Source: Fibrobacteria bacterium (GTDB lineage: Bacteria; Fibrobacterota; Chitinivibrionia; Chitinivibrionales; FEN-1185). Taken from it: a stretch of 45,458 nt of DNA. The notes beneath the pieces are model-generated. The model saw nothing but the letters and a program-made list of their open reading frames with translations, did not search any database and was not told the DNA's origin. Shown here piece by piece: positions 27,613 through 37,465 of the stretch (positions are counted from its first letter, which is position 1; every line of letters begins with the position of its first letter). The translations under genes were made by a program, and so were the position numbers. The stretch is taken from NCBI GenBank assembly GCA_037447435.1, contig JBBIGR010000019.1:1-45458 (forward strand), given 5' to 3'.

Positions 27613-29754
27613 TTAGAATTCTTTTAATACTTCATCATTAAAAGGAATGATATCTTCGGGATTAACCTTTTTCGTTGAAGTTGTTTTTGCTAATGTGTTT
27701 TTTCCACGATTCTCGATTTTGCCGTGAGCAACAAGGCTGGGCCTATTATGCTGGACTTTTTCTGATTTAATTGCAAGACTGGAACCTGTATTTGGATGCC
27801 GAACCTGAATGATACTCTTTTTTTGCGTCGATTGCGATAAGGCGAATTGAGCAATCATTCCTTGCAATTCTTCGGCCTGTGAACTCATTTCTTCTGCCGC
27901 GCTCGCGGATTCCTCGCTATTTGCCGCGTTCTGTTGTGTCACTTTGTCCATTTGGGCTACGGCGGTATTGACTTGGTCTATACCCTGGCTTTGTTCCTGC
28001 GATGCAGCGGCGATTTCGGCAATAAGATCATTTACTTTTTTTGCACTGCCTGCAATGGAATCGAAGGACTTGGATACTTCGACCGAAATCTTGACGCCTT
28101 CCTCTGCGTTTTTGACAGATTCGGTTATCATGTCCGCGGTGTTTTTAGCGGCTTGGGAACTTCTCTGCGCAAGATTACGGACCTCCTCGGCAACTACGGC
28201 AAAACCGCGGCCAGCTTCACCGGCTCGGGCAGCCTCCACTGCGGCATTGAGAGCAAGCAAATTGGTTTGTATGGCGATTTCGTCTATGGTTTTTACTATT
28301 TTAGCAGTCTGGTCGCTCGATTCTTTGATCTTGTTGATAGATTGACTCATACGATTCATGGCTTCGGTGCCCACTGCGGCGTTTTCATTTGCTTCACCTG
28401 CAAGATTCTTGGCCTGGTTCGCGTTTTCGGCGTTTTGCTTTGTCATTGACGACATTTCCTCAAGTGAACTAGAAACTTCTTCAAGCGAACTTGCCTGCTC
28501 ATTTGCTCCCTGGGCGAGGCTCTGTGACCCTGCCGAAATCTGCTGGCTGCCCGAGCTGACCTGTTCGGTTGCCTCGGCAACCTGGGTCAAGGCCTGATCA
28601 AGATTGTCGACAGCAGTATTGATTGCAGATTTGATTTTAGCCAAGTCTCCTTTGTAATCTCCCATCACCCGGGCAGTCATATCGCGTGCAGCAACTTTTT
28701 CAAGCGTGGCTTGTGCTTCGTTTATGGGATTAATGACCGCATCGAGAGTCATATTAAATCCGTCGACCATATTTTTATATGTTCCTTGAAATTTATTTGT
28801 ATTACCTCGGGTTGAAAGTTGTCCTTCAGAGGCTGCCTTGGCAAGCATGAGCGTTTCGCCAGATACTGCTTCGAGACTTGATTTAAGTTTTTCAACAGCT
28901 TTGCCGGATTCTTTAAATTTAGCAATCATCTGATTAAATGTTTTACCGAGAATGCCTATTTCATCTTCGGATTTTACCGAAATTTCCTGTGTTTTTATTT
29001 CAACGGATTTTGAAAGATCGCCGATTGACGAAGCAGTAAGAACATCGGTAAGATTTGCAAGGTCTTCTTCAGCAAGTTTTTTTGCGGTTGACATTGCTAA
29101 ATTTACCGGTCGTGTTATTGACAAGGTAAGGAAAATGCCGATAATCATGGCAAGTACAATTCCCAATATTATTGAAACGATCATTTGAAAGGTTGCAGAG
29201 TTAGCTGTTTTTGTGTTGTTATCGGATGTCTTCTTAGCAGCGTCAACATTTTCAGATAACATAGTATCAACCAAGGAACGCAAATCAGATACTATTTTAT
29301 ATGCATCCCCATCCATGTAGGCATAAACAGCTGCGGGCTTGTTTGTATTTCTTAATTGCAGAATTTTATCCGATGCAGTATGCCAAGCAATGACTTTTTC
29401 TTTAAGTTCAATATATCGCTGTTTGTCGTGTTCGTCAATAAGTGTGCTTTCATAATGTTTAACACCTTTATCAATAGACTCAAAATGTTCCTGGACTCGA
29501 GATAGTTTTGCTTCGATAAATTTTGGGTCGTTGCTACGCAACATAGCTTCAAAATCTACCCTCATTCTTTGAAGAGGCACTGCGATATTATTCAAATCAA
29601 CAAGCGGAACTGTACATTTTTCATACAAAAAGGTATCCTTATCGTCAATTTTCTTCATGTTCATTATTCCAAGAAACCCAACTATCCCCGCGATAATTGC
29701 TACAATAAGGAACCCCCCGATAAGTTTTGGGCCAATTTTGATTTTATTGAGCAT
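27613..29754 (-). CDS. Methyl-accepting chemotaxis protein (4-helix-bundle sensor, HAMP domains)
   Basis: Two TM helices, [57 protein letters not shown] hairpin tip, flexible tail ending VLKEF (pentapeptide-like). Confidence 0.97.
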   Translation of the reverse strand: MLNKIKIGPKLIGGFLIVAIIAGIVGFLGIMNMKKIDDKDTFLYEKCTVPLVDLNNIAVPLQRMRVDFEAMLRSNDPKFIEAKLSRVQEHFESIDKGVKHYESTLIDEHDKQRYIELKEKVIAWHTASDKILQLRNTNKPAAVYAYMDGDAYKIVSDLRSLVDTMLSENVDAAKKTSDNNTKTANSATFQMIVSIILGIVLAMIIGIFLTLSITRPVNLAMSTAKKLAEEDLANLTDVLTASSIGDLSKSVEIKTQEISVKSEDEIGILGKTFNQMIAKFKESGKAVEKLKSSLEAVSGETLMLAKAASEGQLSTRGNTNKFQGTYKNMVDGFNMTLDAVINPINEAQATLEKVAARDMTARVMGDYKGDLAKIKSAINTAVDNLDQALTQVAEATEQVSSGSQQISAGSQSLAQGANEQASSLEEVSSSLEEMSSMTKQNAENANQAKNLAGEANENAAVGTEAMNRMSQSINKIKESSDQTAKIVKTIDEIAIQTNLLALNAAVEAARAGEAGRGFAVVAEEVRNLAQRSSQAAKNTADMITESVKNAEEGVKISVEVSKSFDSIAGSAKKVNDLIAEIAAASQEQSQGIDQVNTAVAQMDKVTQQNAANSEESASAAEEMSSQAEELQGMIAQFALSQSTQKKSIIQVRHPNTGSSLAIKSEKVQHNRPSLVAHGKIENRGKNTLAKTTSTKKVNPEDIIPFNDEVLKEF

Positions 29755-29793
29755 GCGATCCTCCTTTAAAGGTGTGTGGATAAAAACATTTCA

Positions 29794-30216
29794 TTACAGT
29801 CTCGGTTTTTCGATATCGTCGATAAATTTCTCTACATCGAATTCCTCAGGTAAAAAACTATCCGAATCCTGGGAGAAGTTTTTCTGCAAAACAGTAGGTC
29901 CGTAAATTTCCGCATCGATTATATCGATCATGCCGTCGGTCTTTTCTGAGTTGGAAATAATGGCGCGGTGATACAGTTCTATTGTTTTGCATGATTGACA
30001 ATAAGTTACCATGATAGTGTTTTGAGCGTCGTTGACGCCTTTTTTTTCGGCGTCGGAAGTGTGATCGTCCCAGAAACTATACGTGGTATGCATTTTAAAA
30101 TTATGGTACGAATAAAGGATTGTGTATCCGTTGCAATTGAGCCATTCGCTAACCTTGGGAAAATCTTTAAGAAACGATATATGGTCGGGGTAAGTGGTGA
30201 GTTCATGCCTATTCAT
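29794..30216 (-). CDS. Hypothetical protein (140 aa, CxxC motif)
   Basis: Overlaps the upstream stop by 8 bp with an AAGGA SD; fills the gap between the hybrid kinase and the MCP; YCQSCK. Confidence 0.7.
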   Translation of the reverse strand: MNRHELTTYPDHISFLKDFPKVSEWLNCNGYTILYSYHNFKMHTTYSFWDDHTSDAEKKGVNDAQNTIMVTYCQSCKTIELYHRAIISNSEKTDGMIDIIDAEIYGPTVLQKNFSQDSDSFLPEEFDVEKFIDDIEKPRL

Positions 30217-31327
30217 GGATGGTCCTTTCTATCGATACAGGAACCGTTTCCTGCTCAATGAGGTCTATTGTAAAGGTAGTACCTAATTCCAAACACGAAT
30301 CGACGCGTATGGTTCCACCATGTTCCCGAACGATTTCCTTGACCGTATGCAAACCTATGCCATTTCCGCCGTCTTTGGTGGAAAAACCATTGTCGAATAT
30401 TTTGGAAATAATACTTTTGTCAATTCCTACGCCCGAATCGGACACGGACAGCCGTATTACTTTTATATTGTTTTTTTCTGTACGGGAACATGCTATTGTC
30501 AACTTCCCTCCGCTGGGCATGGCTTGTGCGGCATTTATGCCGAGGTTGAGCAACGCTTGCTGAATGCGTTCCGCATTGATTTTGCTCCAAACGGGGACAT
30601 TATCGGTTTTTGTTTGTATAGTGACATTTTCTGCAACAACGTCCCGCAGAATTTCTGCGGTCCGGTCCGTTATGCTGTTCATTTCCGTGACTTTGAAAGG
30701 ATCGGGTTCCGTGCATTTTGAAGCAGCAAGGGCGTTGGAGCATAGTTCGGCAGCCCTATTGGTAGTACGTAAGATTTTAGTGAGATACGTTCGAACCGGA
30801 TGGTTTTGTTCCAAGCCTTCAAGCGCCATGTCTGCATAACCTTGAGTGCCGGCAAGAACATTATTCATATCATGTACGAGCTGGCGTGTATGAAGCCCCA
30901 CTTTGGCAAGTGTTTCCAAACGTTTTTGTTCAAGAATGCAGTTATTATCTTCGGTAAAAATCATCTCTACCCGTTTTTCAATTTCATCCGGCTCAAAGGG
31001 TTTGTCGATGAAGTCCCTGCAACCTTTTCGCATCATTCGTACCACAAGCGCTTTTTCTCCATAGCCGGTAATAATGAGGAAGGGCAACTCAAGGAACCTG
31101 GTTTTTAGGGCATCAATGAGGTCTTCACCCGTAAGCCCCGGCATCTGAATATCACAGATCAAAAGATCAAAGGGTTGGTTGTTAATCTTCGAACGTTCTA
31201 TTTCCTGTAATGCTGAATATCCGTTGTCAACGGTAACTGCGTCGTGCCCTATCATCCGTAGAGCAAGGGAGATGCAGAACCGGATCTGTTCTTCATCATC
31301 CGCGATGAGAATTCTTTTTTTATTCAT
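30209..31327 (-). CDS. Cytoplasmic hybrid receiver-histidine kinase (REC-HisKA-HATPase)
   Basis: ILIADDE, LICDIQMPG, ITGYG, KPF; H-box VHDMNN, NLGINAAQA, DSGVGI, GNGIGL. Confidence 0.92.
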   Translation of the reverse strand: MNKKRILIADDEEQIRFCISLALRMIGHDAVTVDNGYSALQEIERSKINNQPFDLLICDIQMPGLTGEDLIDALKTRFLELPFLIITGYGEKALVVRMMRKGCRDFIDKPFEPDEIEKRVEMIFTEDNNCILEQKRLETLAKVGLHTRQLVHDMNNVLAGTQGYADMALEGLEQNHPVRTYLTKILRTTNRAAELCSNALAASKCTEPDPFKVTEMNSITDRTAEILRDVVAENVTIQTKTDNVPVWSKINAERIQQALLNLGINAAQAMPSGGKLTIACSRTEKNNIKVIRLSVSDSGVGIDKSIISKIFDNGFSTKDGGNGIGLHTVKEIVREHGGTIRVDSCLELGTTFTIDLIEQETVPVSIERTIHE

Positions 31328-31381
31328 GGATATTTTGCTTTATGTTAGGAAAATGATTTTGTTCGGTCACGGTTATTTGAT

Positions 31382-31399
31382 ACGCAATGGATGTGCCAA
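31382..31399 (-). promoter_or_regulatory. sigma54 (-24/-12) promoter
   Basis: Minus strand TTGGCACATCCATTGCGT: GG-N10-GC matching TGGCAC-N5-TTGC. It lies ~55 bp upstream of ATG 31327 and directly downstream of a sigma54 activator gene. Confidence 0.85.
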
Positions 31400-31415
31400 A
31401 AATCAAAGAATGCCG

Positions 31416-31428
31416 TAATGCATTGATA
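31416..31428 (-). promoter_or_regulatory. IHF binding site
   Basis: Minus strand TATCAATGCATTA matches WATCAANNNNTTR exactly; located between the sigma54 promoter and the candidate enhancers. Confidence 0.65.
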
Positions 31429-31476
31429 AATAGAGAAATGATAAGGCCAGGCCGTGTTTTGTTTTTCAACGAAAGG

Positions 31477-31578
31477 GTGCAGTTGTTTCTGCACATAGTT
31501 AAGACAAGAATGTGTAATTATTTGATTTATGGACAGGTACCGCGGATTGTAAATAAAAGCAATGCAGAGGTTTCTTCA
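31477..31578. promoter_or_regulatory. Candidate upstream activator sequences TGCAG-N6-CTGCA
   Basis: Perfect GTGCAG-TTGTTT-CTGCAC at 31477-31494; near copy TGCAG-AGGTTT-CTTCA at 31563-31578; half-site CTGCA at 31636-31640. Confidence 0.55.
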
Positions 31579-31653
31579 GGGGTTCATAGAAATATCAATT
31601 GTTGAAAGGATGGTGATGGATTAAAAGTAAAAGACCTGCATTATAGCGCGTTT

Positions 31654-33075
31654 TTATAGGGACAATTTCTTTAGCCGATATCCCAATGATTGACGGGTAA
31701 TCCCGAGAAGTCTGCACGCTATACTCTGGTTTCCATTGGAACGTTGCATTGCTTCTATTACAAGAAGATCGTCTATTTGATCCAGGGTGGGTAATTTTTC
31801 CGGAAATACAACACGAAATTGTTCTTGGGTTTCTTGCGGCATTGCCGATGATTTGTTATTCCCAAAGCCGATATGGTCTTTAAAAGATGTAAGAGAAAGG
31901 ATGTGATCATCATGTTGAGTTATGGCGTCACGAATCATTCCTTCGAGTTCCCTTACATTGCCCGGGAAATGCCAGGTTGAAAGAAGGGTTATCAATTCCT
32001 GCGGAATCGTGGGCCGTATTTTGTTTTGTTCCAAAGATGCCGCATCTATAAAAGTGGATACCAAGAGAGCAAGGTCGTCTTTTCGTTCCCGTAGGGGAGG
32101 CAAATGAATAGTATGTGTACGAAGGCGATAGAAAAGATCTTTTCTCATTTTGTCGGTAGAAAGAAGTTGTTCAATGTCCCGGCATGTTGCGGTAATAATC
32201 CTGGCAGTGCATTTTTTCGGTGTATCGCATCCGACCGGATAAAATTCACTTTGCTGAATAAGACGCAAGAGCTTGACCTGGGATTGAGCATTCAGATCGC
32301 CTATTTCATCTAGAAAGAGCGTCCCGCCTGCGGCGGATTCAATAAGGCCCTGTCGGGACGAATCCGCACCCGTAAAGGCACCTTTACAGTGGCCGAACAA
32401 TGTGTCGGAAAACATGGCATCGTCGAGGCCGGCCACATTAACAGCAACGAATTTGCCGCCAAGGCCGCTGCAATTATGAATCGCCGTTGCAATAAGCTCT
32501 TTCCCTGTTCCGGTTTCACCGGTAACCAATACTGGATGTGGGGTCGGTGCTACAGCTTCTATGTATTTAAAAATGGTAAACATTTTTTCATTGCACGAAA
32601 GAATCGGTTTGAAAACATCCGGTTTTTTCAAAGTGTCTGAAAGCATTCTTTCCGTTAGCGCCTCGTATTCACGGCCCATGGTTCTCATTTTTATTGCATT
32701 CGCAACGCTGGTAAGAAGGCGTTCGGGTTCCAAAGGCTTTACAATGTAGTCAAATGCTCCGGCTTTCATGCATTCGACAGCGGTATTTACCTCGTTGACG
32801 CCGGTAGCCATAATAACGCAAACATCCGGGGCTTTTTCTTTTATTTGCTTTAGAACATCCACACCCGACATTTCTTTCATCATGATATCCAGAATAACGA
32901 CATCGCAATAACTGCTCGAAATACAGTCGAGAGCCTCACGGCAATTTTGAAATGTCTGAACATAAACATGCCCGGCAGCCTGCAGGGTCATTTTCATTAA
33001 ATCAAGAATAACCGTTTCATCATCAACCAGAATGATTGATTGAGTATTTAAATTAAAAGAAGAATTGTTTTGCAT
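31654..33075 (-). CDS. sigma54-dependent response regulator (NtrC family: REC-AAA+-Fis HTH)
   Basis: LVDDE, VILDIMM, GETGTGKE, intact GAFTGA, FLDEIG, DLFYRL, FPGNVREL, GNQSIACRLLGITRQSLGYRLKK. Confidence 0.96.
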   Translation of the reverse strand: MQNNSSFNLNTQSIILVDDETVILDLMKMTLQAAGHVYVQTFQNCREALDCISSSYCDVVILDIMMKEMSGVDVLKQIKEKAPDVCVIMATGVNEVNTAVECMKAGAFDYIVKPLEPERLLTSVANAIKMRTMGREYEALTERMLSDTLKKPDVFKPILSCNEKMFTIFKYIEAVAPTPHPVLVTGETGTGKELIATAIHNCSGLGGKFVAVNVAGLDDAMFSDTLFGHCKGAFTGADSSRQGLIESAAGGTLFLDEIGDLNAQSQVKLLRLIQQSEFYPVGCDTPKKCTARIITATCRDIEQLLSTDKMRKDLFYRLRTHTIHLPPLRERKDDLALLVSTFIDAASLEQNKIRPTIPQELITLLSTWHFPGNVRELEGMIRDAITQHDDHILSLTSFKDHIGFGNNKSSAMPQETQEQFRVVFPEKLPTLDQIDDLLVIEAMQRSNGNQSIACRLLGITRQSLGYRLKKLSL

Positions 33076-33078
33076 ACG

Positions 33079-36000
33079 TTATTTCCTATCGAAAAGCAAA
33101 GTTACCGTGGTTCCCTTGCCGGGCTGTGAGTCGAAAAGCATTTCTCCATGATGTTCCTTTACAATGCCCATAGAAACCGAGAGCCCAAGTCCTGTTCCGC
33201 CGGTTTCACGTTTTGTCGTGAAAAAGGGATCTACGATTTTATTCAAATCTTCTGCTTTTATTCCGCACCCATTGTCCGTCACCACGATTGCCGCTTTTTG
33301 ACCGCGGTCTTTACAAGTCAGTTTAATATATTGTTGTTGATCGGTCAAGGCATCACAGGCGTTTTGTACAAGGTTGATTATTACCTGCTCCAACCGTTGA
33401 AGGTTTCCCAGTATAAAAATGGCGGAGGGTGAATATTCTATGGAAAAGTTTTTTGTGCGTTTTTTAACGAGAGTCAATAAAATCGTTATTGAAGATTTGA
33501 CGACATTATTAATATCGATCAGACGCATTTCCAGTGAGTCCTGGCGCGCATAGTTCTTGAGGTCCGATACAATGCGTTTGATTTTTTTAGATCCGTCTTC
33601 GATGCCATCCATGAGCTTCCCGATATTCTGCATGAATTCGGGGAGAGGAATACTGCCGATGGTCATTTCAGCCTGTTTGTCTTTGCAGCTTTCAATACAG
33701 GGTGCAAGGCTGTCCCAAGCTTTACGTAAAAGAGGAGTGCTCAGCGAAATGTAATTGTTCGGGTTATTTATTTCATGGGCAATGCCGCTCACTAAAAGAC
33801 CAAGGCTCGCCATTTTATCGGCTTGAACAAGCTGTTGTTGTTGGCGAAGGTTTTCCTCCTGCGCATTTTTGAAACCGGTGATGTCGGAAGCAAGCCCAGC
33901 AACACGAACGACGTTTCCTTCGTTATTATGGATGAGAAAGGAACGTAGCCTGATCCAAAGCACGGCGCCGGTAGGAGTGATGACGCGAAATTCTTCATTA
34001 ATGGGAGTTGAATAAAAGATGTCATGGACTGTAAATTTCGTTTGCGGAAAATCCTCAGGGTGTACTGCGCGGTCGATCATTTGCGGGTCTGCTTTAATCA
34101 TGTCAAGGTCAACCCCGAAAATCCTGGAAACGACCGGGCTCATATATAATAGTTTGTTTCCGTCTTTCTGATAAAGAAAGAAAATTTCCTCGATGTTTTC
34201 TGCCATCTGGCGGAAGCGGTCTTCGCTTTCTTGCAAGGCTTCTTCCGCGATCTTACGGTCGGTTATGTCGGAAATAAGCCCATCATAAGAAGTAATCGAT
34301 CCGTTCTGGTCGTTATGTGGCACTAGGGTAGCATGCAGCCATCGAATGTTTCCGTCTTTTCGTATTATCCGGTGTTCCAGGGAAACATGGGCAGATTCGC
34401 AAAGTACTTTTTCCACAGCATCAAGGACCTTTTCCCGATCATCTGTTGGTATCATACTTATCCAAAGGTTCTGATTTCTGATATAGTCTTCCGGTTGATA
34501 CCCGGTGATTGCTAAACAGCCCTGACTGTGGCGCGTACCAACCCCCTTCCCGTCGCGGATTTCAACAGTGTAAACGTAGCCGGTGACGGATTCGAGCAGA
34601 CGGCGATAGCGCTCCTCACTTTTTTGCAATGCCTCTTCAGCAACCTTGCGCTCCGAAATATCCATAAGCATAGATACCACACACCGTTTCCCATCTATCT
34701 CTGCCAAAACTGCCGAATACAACGCAGTAAAACTTTCTCCGGACTTTCGGTGAAATTCCACCTCAATATTGCGTACTATTCCGACCTCATGTAATTGTTG
34801 GATTGTTTTCTGTCGCTCTGCAGACGAACCCCAAGCTGGAAATTCACTAACAGCATGACCGATAACTTCTTCGCGGCTATAACCGGTGATACGCTCGTGG
34901 GCATCGTTTACCGCAAGATAGCGACCCTCTTTTTCAGTTGTGACAACAATCAATACCGGGCTCAGACGAAAAATATTTTCATATAACTCCTGTGCTTCCC
35001 GAGTGGCTTTCTCAGCACGTTTACGTTCGGAAATATCGCGAATCGTGGCTAGAATGCATTGTTCGCCTTCAATTTCTATTATTTCGCCCGAAAAAAGAGT
35101 ATCGATGATCGTACCTGACTTGGTCCGGTATTTTACGTCCAGGTCACGCACATTCCCGTCACGTTTAAGGCGGGAGATATACTCATCCCGCAACTTTAAA
35201 TCGTCCCAGATTCCCAGCTCGATGGTGGATTTTCCAATGGTCTCTTCACGCGTAAACCCGAGTATTTTCAGCACGCTGTCGTTCACTTCAAAGACCTGCC
35301 CGTTTTTCAAATTTGATATTGCTATGACGTCTGGACTGTTTCTGAACGCTTTGGAAAACTTTTCTTCGGATTTCCTCAGCGCAACCTCGGCAAGCCTGCG
35401 TTCGGTGATGTCCTGCAAAGTAAACTGCAGGAATTTTCTATCCGCAGACTCAAAACTCATCAAGTGGACTTCACCGTCCCACTGCTCCCCATTTGGCCGC
35501 TTGTGGCGCCATTCGAAAACCACAGAGCCGTCCGCAGACGTCTTTTCTATATAAGTAAGCGCTTTTTGCGGCGAAGGGGTTCCATCATATTGTACAGGAT
35601 CGGAAAAATCAAGCGGAGATTTGCCTATCACTTCGCTTGGCGAAGAGCAATGGTATATTTCAATTGCGGCAGCATTACAGTCAACATATTTATAGGTGAG
35701 AGCATCCATCACCACAATCGGAACTCTTGACGAATTAAAAATGCGTTTTCGGAATGCTTCGCTTTCATTCAGATTGATCGCCTGTTGGCGAAGCTCCGCG
35801 TTACGGGACATCAGGAGTCCGACCATCTCCGAAATCGATGTTCGCAGCGTATTCAATTCTCCCTTAAAAGAGTGTTCCAGTAAATTGGAATTATCGAAGC
35901 CCCCTTGGCTTACTTTGAGCACATAGTGTTCGAGTTGTTTGATTGGCTTGAGTACTATAAGCCAGAGAAGCGTGTATAGACCAATTGTCAGGAGCAGGGC

Positions 36001-36492
36001 AATGCCAAAAATAATAACAACTAATAGAACACGGATTTTATGAAGGTAGGCGGTCAGAAAACGGGGTGTGAAAGAAACCTGCACATTTCCAATATGTTTA
36101 TTGGAATAGCTGAGTTCTCTTGTTTGGTTAAGCAATCCTGGTTCAGGTAGTATTGTGTTTGAAATAACCGGCTCCCACCTCTCGTTCCGGCTTATTGAAA
36201 AAGAATTTTGAAATGAATCTGCCGATGTAATAACAATTGAAAAAACATCCTTGTGCTGCATGAAACTCTTTGCAATTTCGGATATCTGCTGCTCATCGAA
36301 GTTCCACATTGGAGTCGCAAATGCACCTGTCGCCTGGTCCGCTTCAATTTCAGCATCGGTAATTAGGACTTTACGTTCATATCTGCTGTACATTGAATAC
36401 CCAGCAAAACCAGCAGCGGCAAGGAACAACGAGACCGTGGCAACAATAAGGGCAATTACTATCACTACGATTGACGTTTTTTTCTTCTGCAT
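33079..36492 (-). CDS. Membrane sensor histidine kinase with a HAMP-like linker and five PAS/PAC domains
   Basis: Two TM helices; five units ending QDITERR, RDISERK, MDISERK, SDITDRK and SDITGFK; GIAHEINNP, NLVQNA, DNGCGI, PFFTTK, GTGLGL. Confidence 0.95.
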   Translation of the reverse strand: MQKKKTSIVVIVIALIVATVSLFLAAAGFAGYSMYSRYERKVLITDAEIEADQATGAFATPMWNFDEQQISEIAKSFMQHKDVFSIVITSADSFQNSFSISRNERWEPVISNTILPEPGLLNQTRELSYSNKHIGNVQVSFTPRFLTAYLHKIRVLLVVIIFGIALLLTIGLYTLLWLIVLKPIKQLEHYVLKVSQGGFDNSNLLEHSFKGELNTLRTSISEMVGLLMSRNAELRQQAINLNESEAFRKRIFNSSRVPIVVMDALTYKYVDCNAAAIEIYHCSSPSEVIGKSPLDFSDPVQYDGTPSPQKALTYIEKTSADGSVVFEWRHKRPNGEQWDGEVHLMSFESADRKFLQFTLQDITERRLAEVALRKSEEKFSKAFRNSPDVIAISNLKNGQVFEVNDSVLKILGFTREETIGKSTIELGIWDDLKLRDEYISRLKRDGNVRDLDVKYRTKSGTIIDTLFSGEIIEIEGEQCILATIRDISERKRAEKATREAQELYENIFRLSPVLIVVTTEKEGRYLAVNDAHERITGYSREEVIGHAVSEFPAWGSSAERQKTIQQLHEVGIVRNIEVEFHRKSGESFTALYSAVLAEIDGKRCVVSMLMDISERKVAEEALQKSEERYRRLLESVTGYVYTVEIRDGKGVGTRHSQGCLAITGYQPEDYIRNQNLWISMIPTDDREKVLDAVEKVLCESAHVSLEHRIIRKDGNIRWLHATLVPHNDQNGSITSYDGLISDITDRKIAEEALQESEDRFRQMAENIEEIFFLYQKDGNKLLYMSPVVSRIFGVDLDMIKADPQMIDRAVHPEDFPQTKFTVHDIFYSTPINEEFRVITPTGAVLWIRLRSFLIHNNEGNVVRVAGLASDITGFKNAQEENLRQQQQLVQADKMASLGLLVSGIAHEINNPNNYISLSTPLLRKAWDSLAPCIESCKDKQAEMTIGSIPLPEFMQNIGKLMDGIEDGSKKIKRIVSDLKNYARQDSLEMRLIDINNVVKSSITILLTLVKKRTKNFSIEYSPSAIFILGNLQRLEQVIINLVQNACDALTDQQQYIKLTCKDRGQKAAIVVTDNGCGIKAEDLNKIVDPFFTTKRETGGTGLGLSVSMGIVKEHHGEMLFDSQPGKGTTVTLLFDRK

Positions 36493-36493
36493 A

Positions 36494-37291
36494 TTATTCC
36501 TTGCGCCCTTGTAAAGATTGATTATACTTGGTGATCCAGCTTTGTATAATAGAACCGCAAGTTTGGTTTGCCAGGATTATTTCAAATCCCGTATCAAAGT
36601 GCTTTTTTGCCAGTACACCCAAAGGATTGCGTACGCTGAATCCCACAAAAGCTCCCTGCACGCCGACCACGGAAACAGAGTCTATTTTTCCCGTAACGCC
36701 ACTCTGCTTTAAAAGAAAACAGAGGGATTTAAGCGGGTCGCAGTCTACAATCGTCGCATCAATTCGACCAACAGCGAGCTTTTTTAGGTTTTGTTCTTCG
36801 CTGGCAACTTCTTCGATCGAAATACCCTTTTGGCTCATTGCGCGTACTTTGGCAGGGTACTCATAATCTTTCACAAGTCCCAAAATACTTTTCAAGGGTA
36901 ATTTGTCAAGGGAACTATTTATATTTGTAACAGAATGTCTCGTGACAAGGATGTACTGCACAGTGTAGAGCGGCTTTGAGGCAAAGATAATCGTTCCTTT
37001 GAGATCATCCATCCATGACATGGCAAAACACCCGGACAGCTCACCCTGGAGCGCCATTTTTTTTGCACGTACATACGGAAGTACCTTGAAAATTACCGTA
37101 TCGCCAACAGCGGCAAAAGCCGCCTTGACAATATCATTGCCGCACCCGGTTCCATCAGCCTGCCCCCACGGGCCAGCCTGGTCTTCGGCACCAAGGACAA
37201 ATGTTTCTCCTTGAGCAAATCCGCAATACAGCGACAACCACAAAATGCAAGCAATGAAACAAAATTTGTTATCGATCATATAAATTCTCAA
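36494..37291 (-). CDS. Periplasmic substrate-binding protein (family 3-like) coupled to the kinase
   Basis: Signal peptide; PW...G.G.DIVKAAF, LPYVRA, NLKKLAVGRIDA; 1-bp gap to the kinase start. Start uncertain (TTG 37291 or ATG 37279). Confidence 0.85.
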   Translation of the reverse strand: MRIYMIDNKFCFIACILWLSLYCGFAQGETFVLGAEDQAGPWGQADGTGCGNDIVKAAFAAVGDTVIFKVLPYVRAKKMALQGELSGCFAMSWMDDLKGTIIFASKPLYTVQYILVTRHSVTNINSSLDKLPLKSILGLVKDYEYPAKVRAMSQKGISIEEVASEEQNLKKLAVGRIDATIVDCDPLKSLCFLLKQSGVTGKIDSVSVVGVQGAFVGFSVRNPLGVLAKKHFDTGFEIILANQTCGSIIQSWITKYNQSLQGRKE

Positions 37292-37465
37292 AGTGCAGGT
37301 GAATTTTCTGAATAAATTAGTCGAGCCAAGAGGTGTAGAATCGCAATTTAATCAATAATAGTATATTGTTAAATTATTTCAAAGGCACTAAGTTTTTGCG
37401 GATGGACGGAAACCAATAATTACAACAACGATAATTGAAAAAACGAGGTTCATACAAAACCGGAT

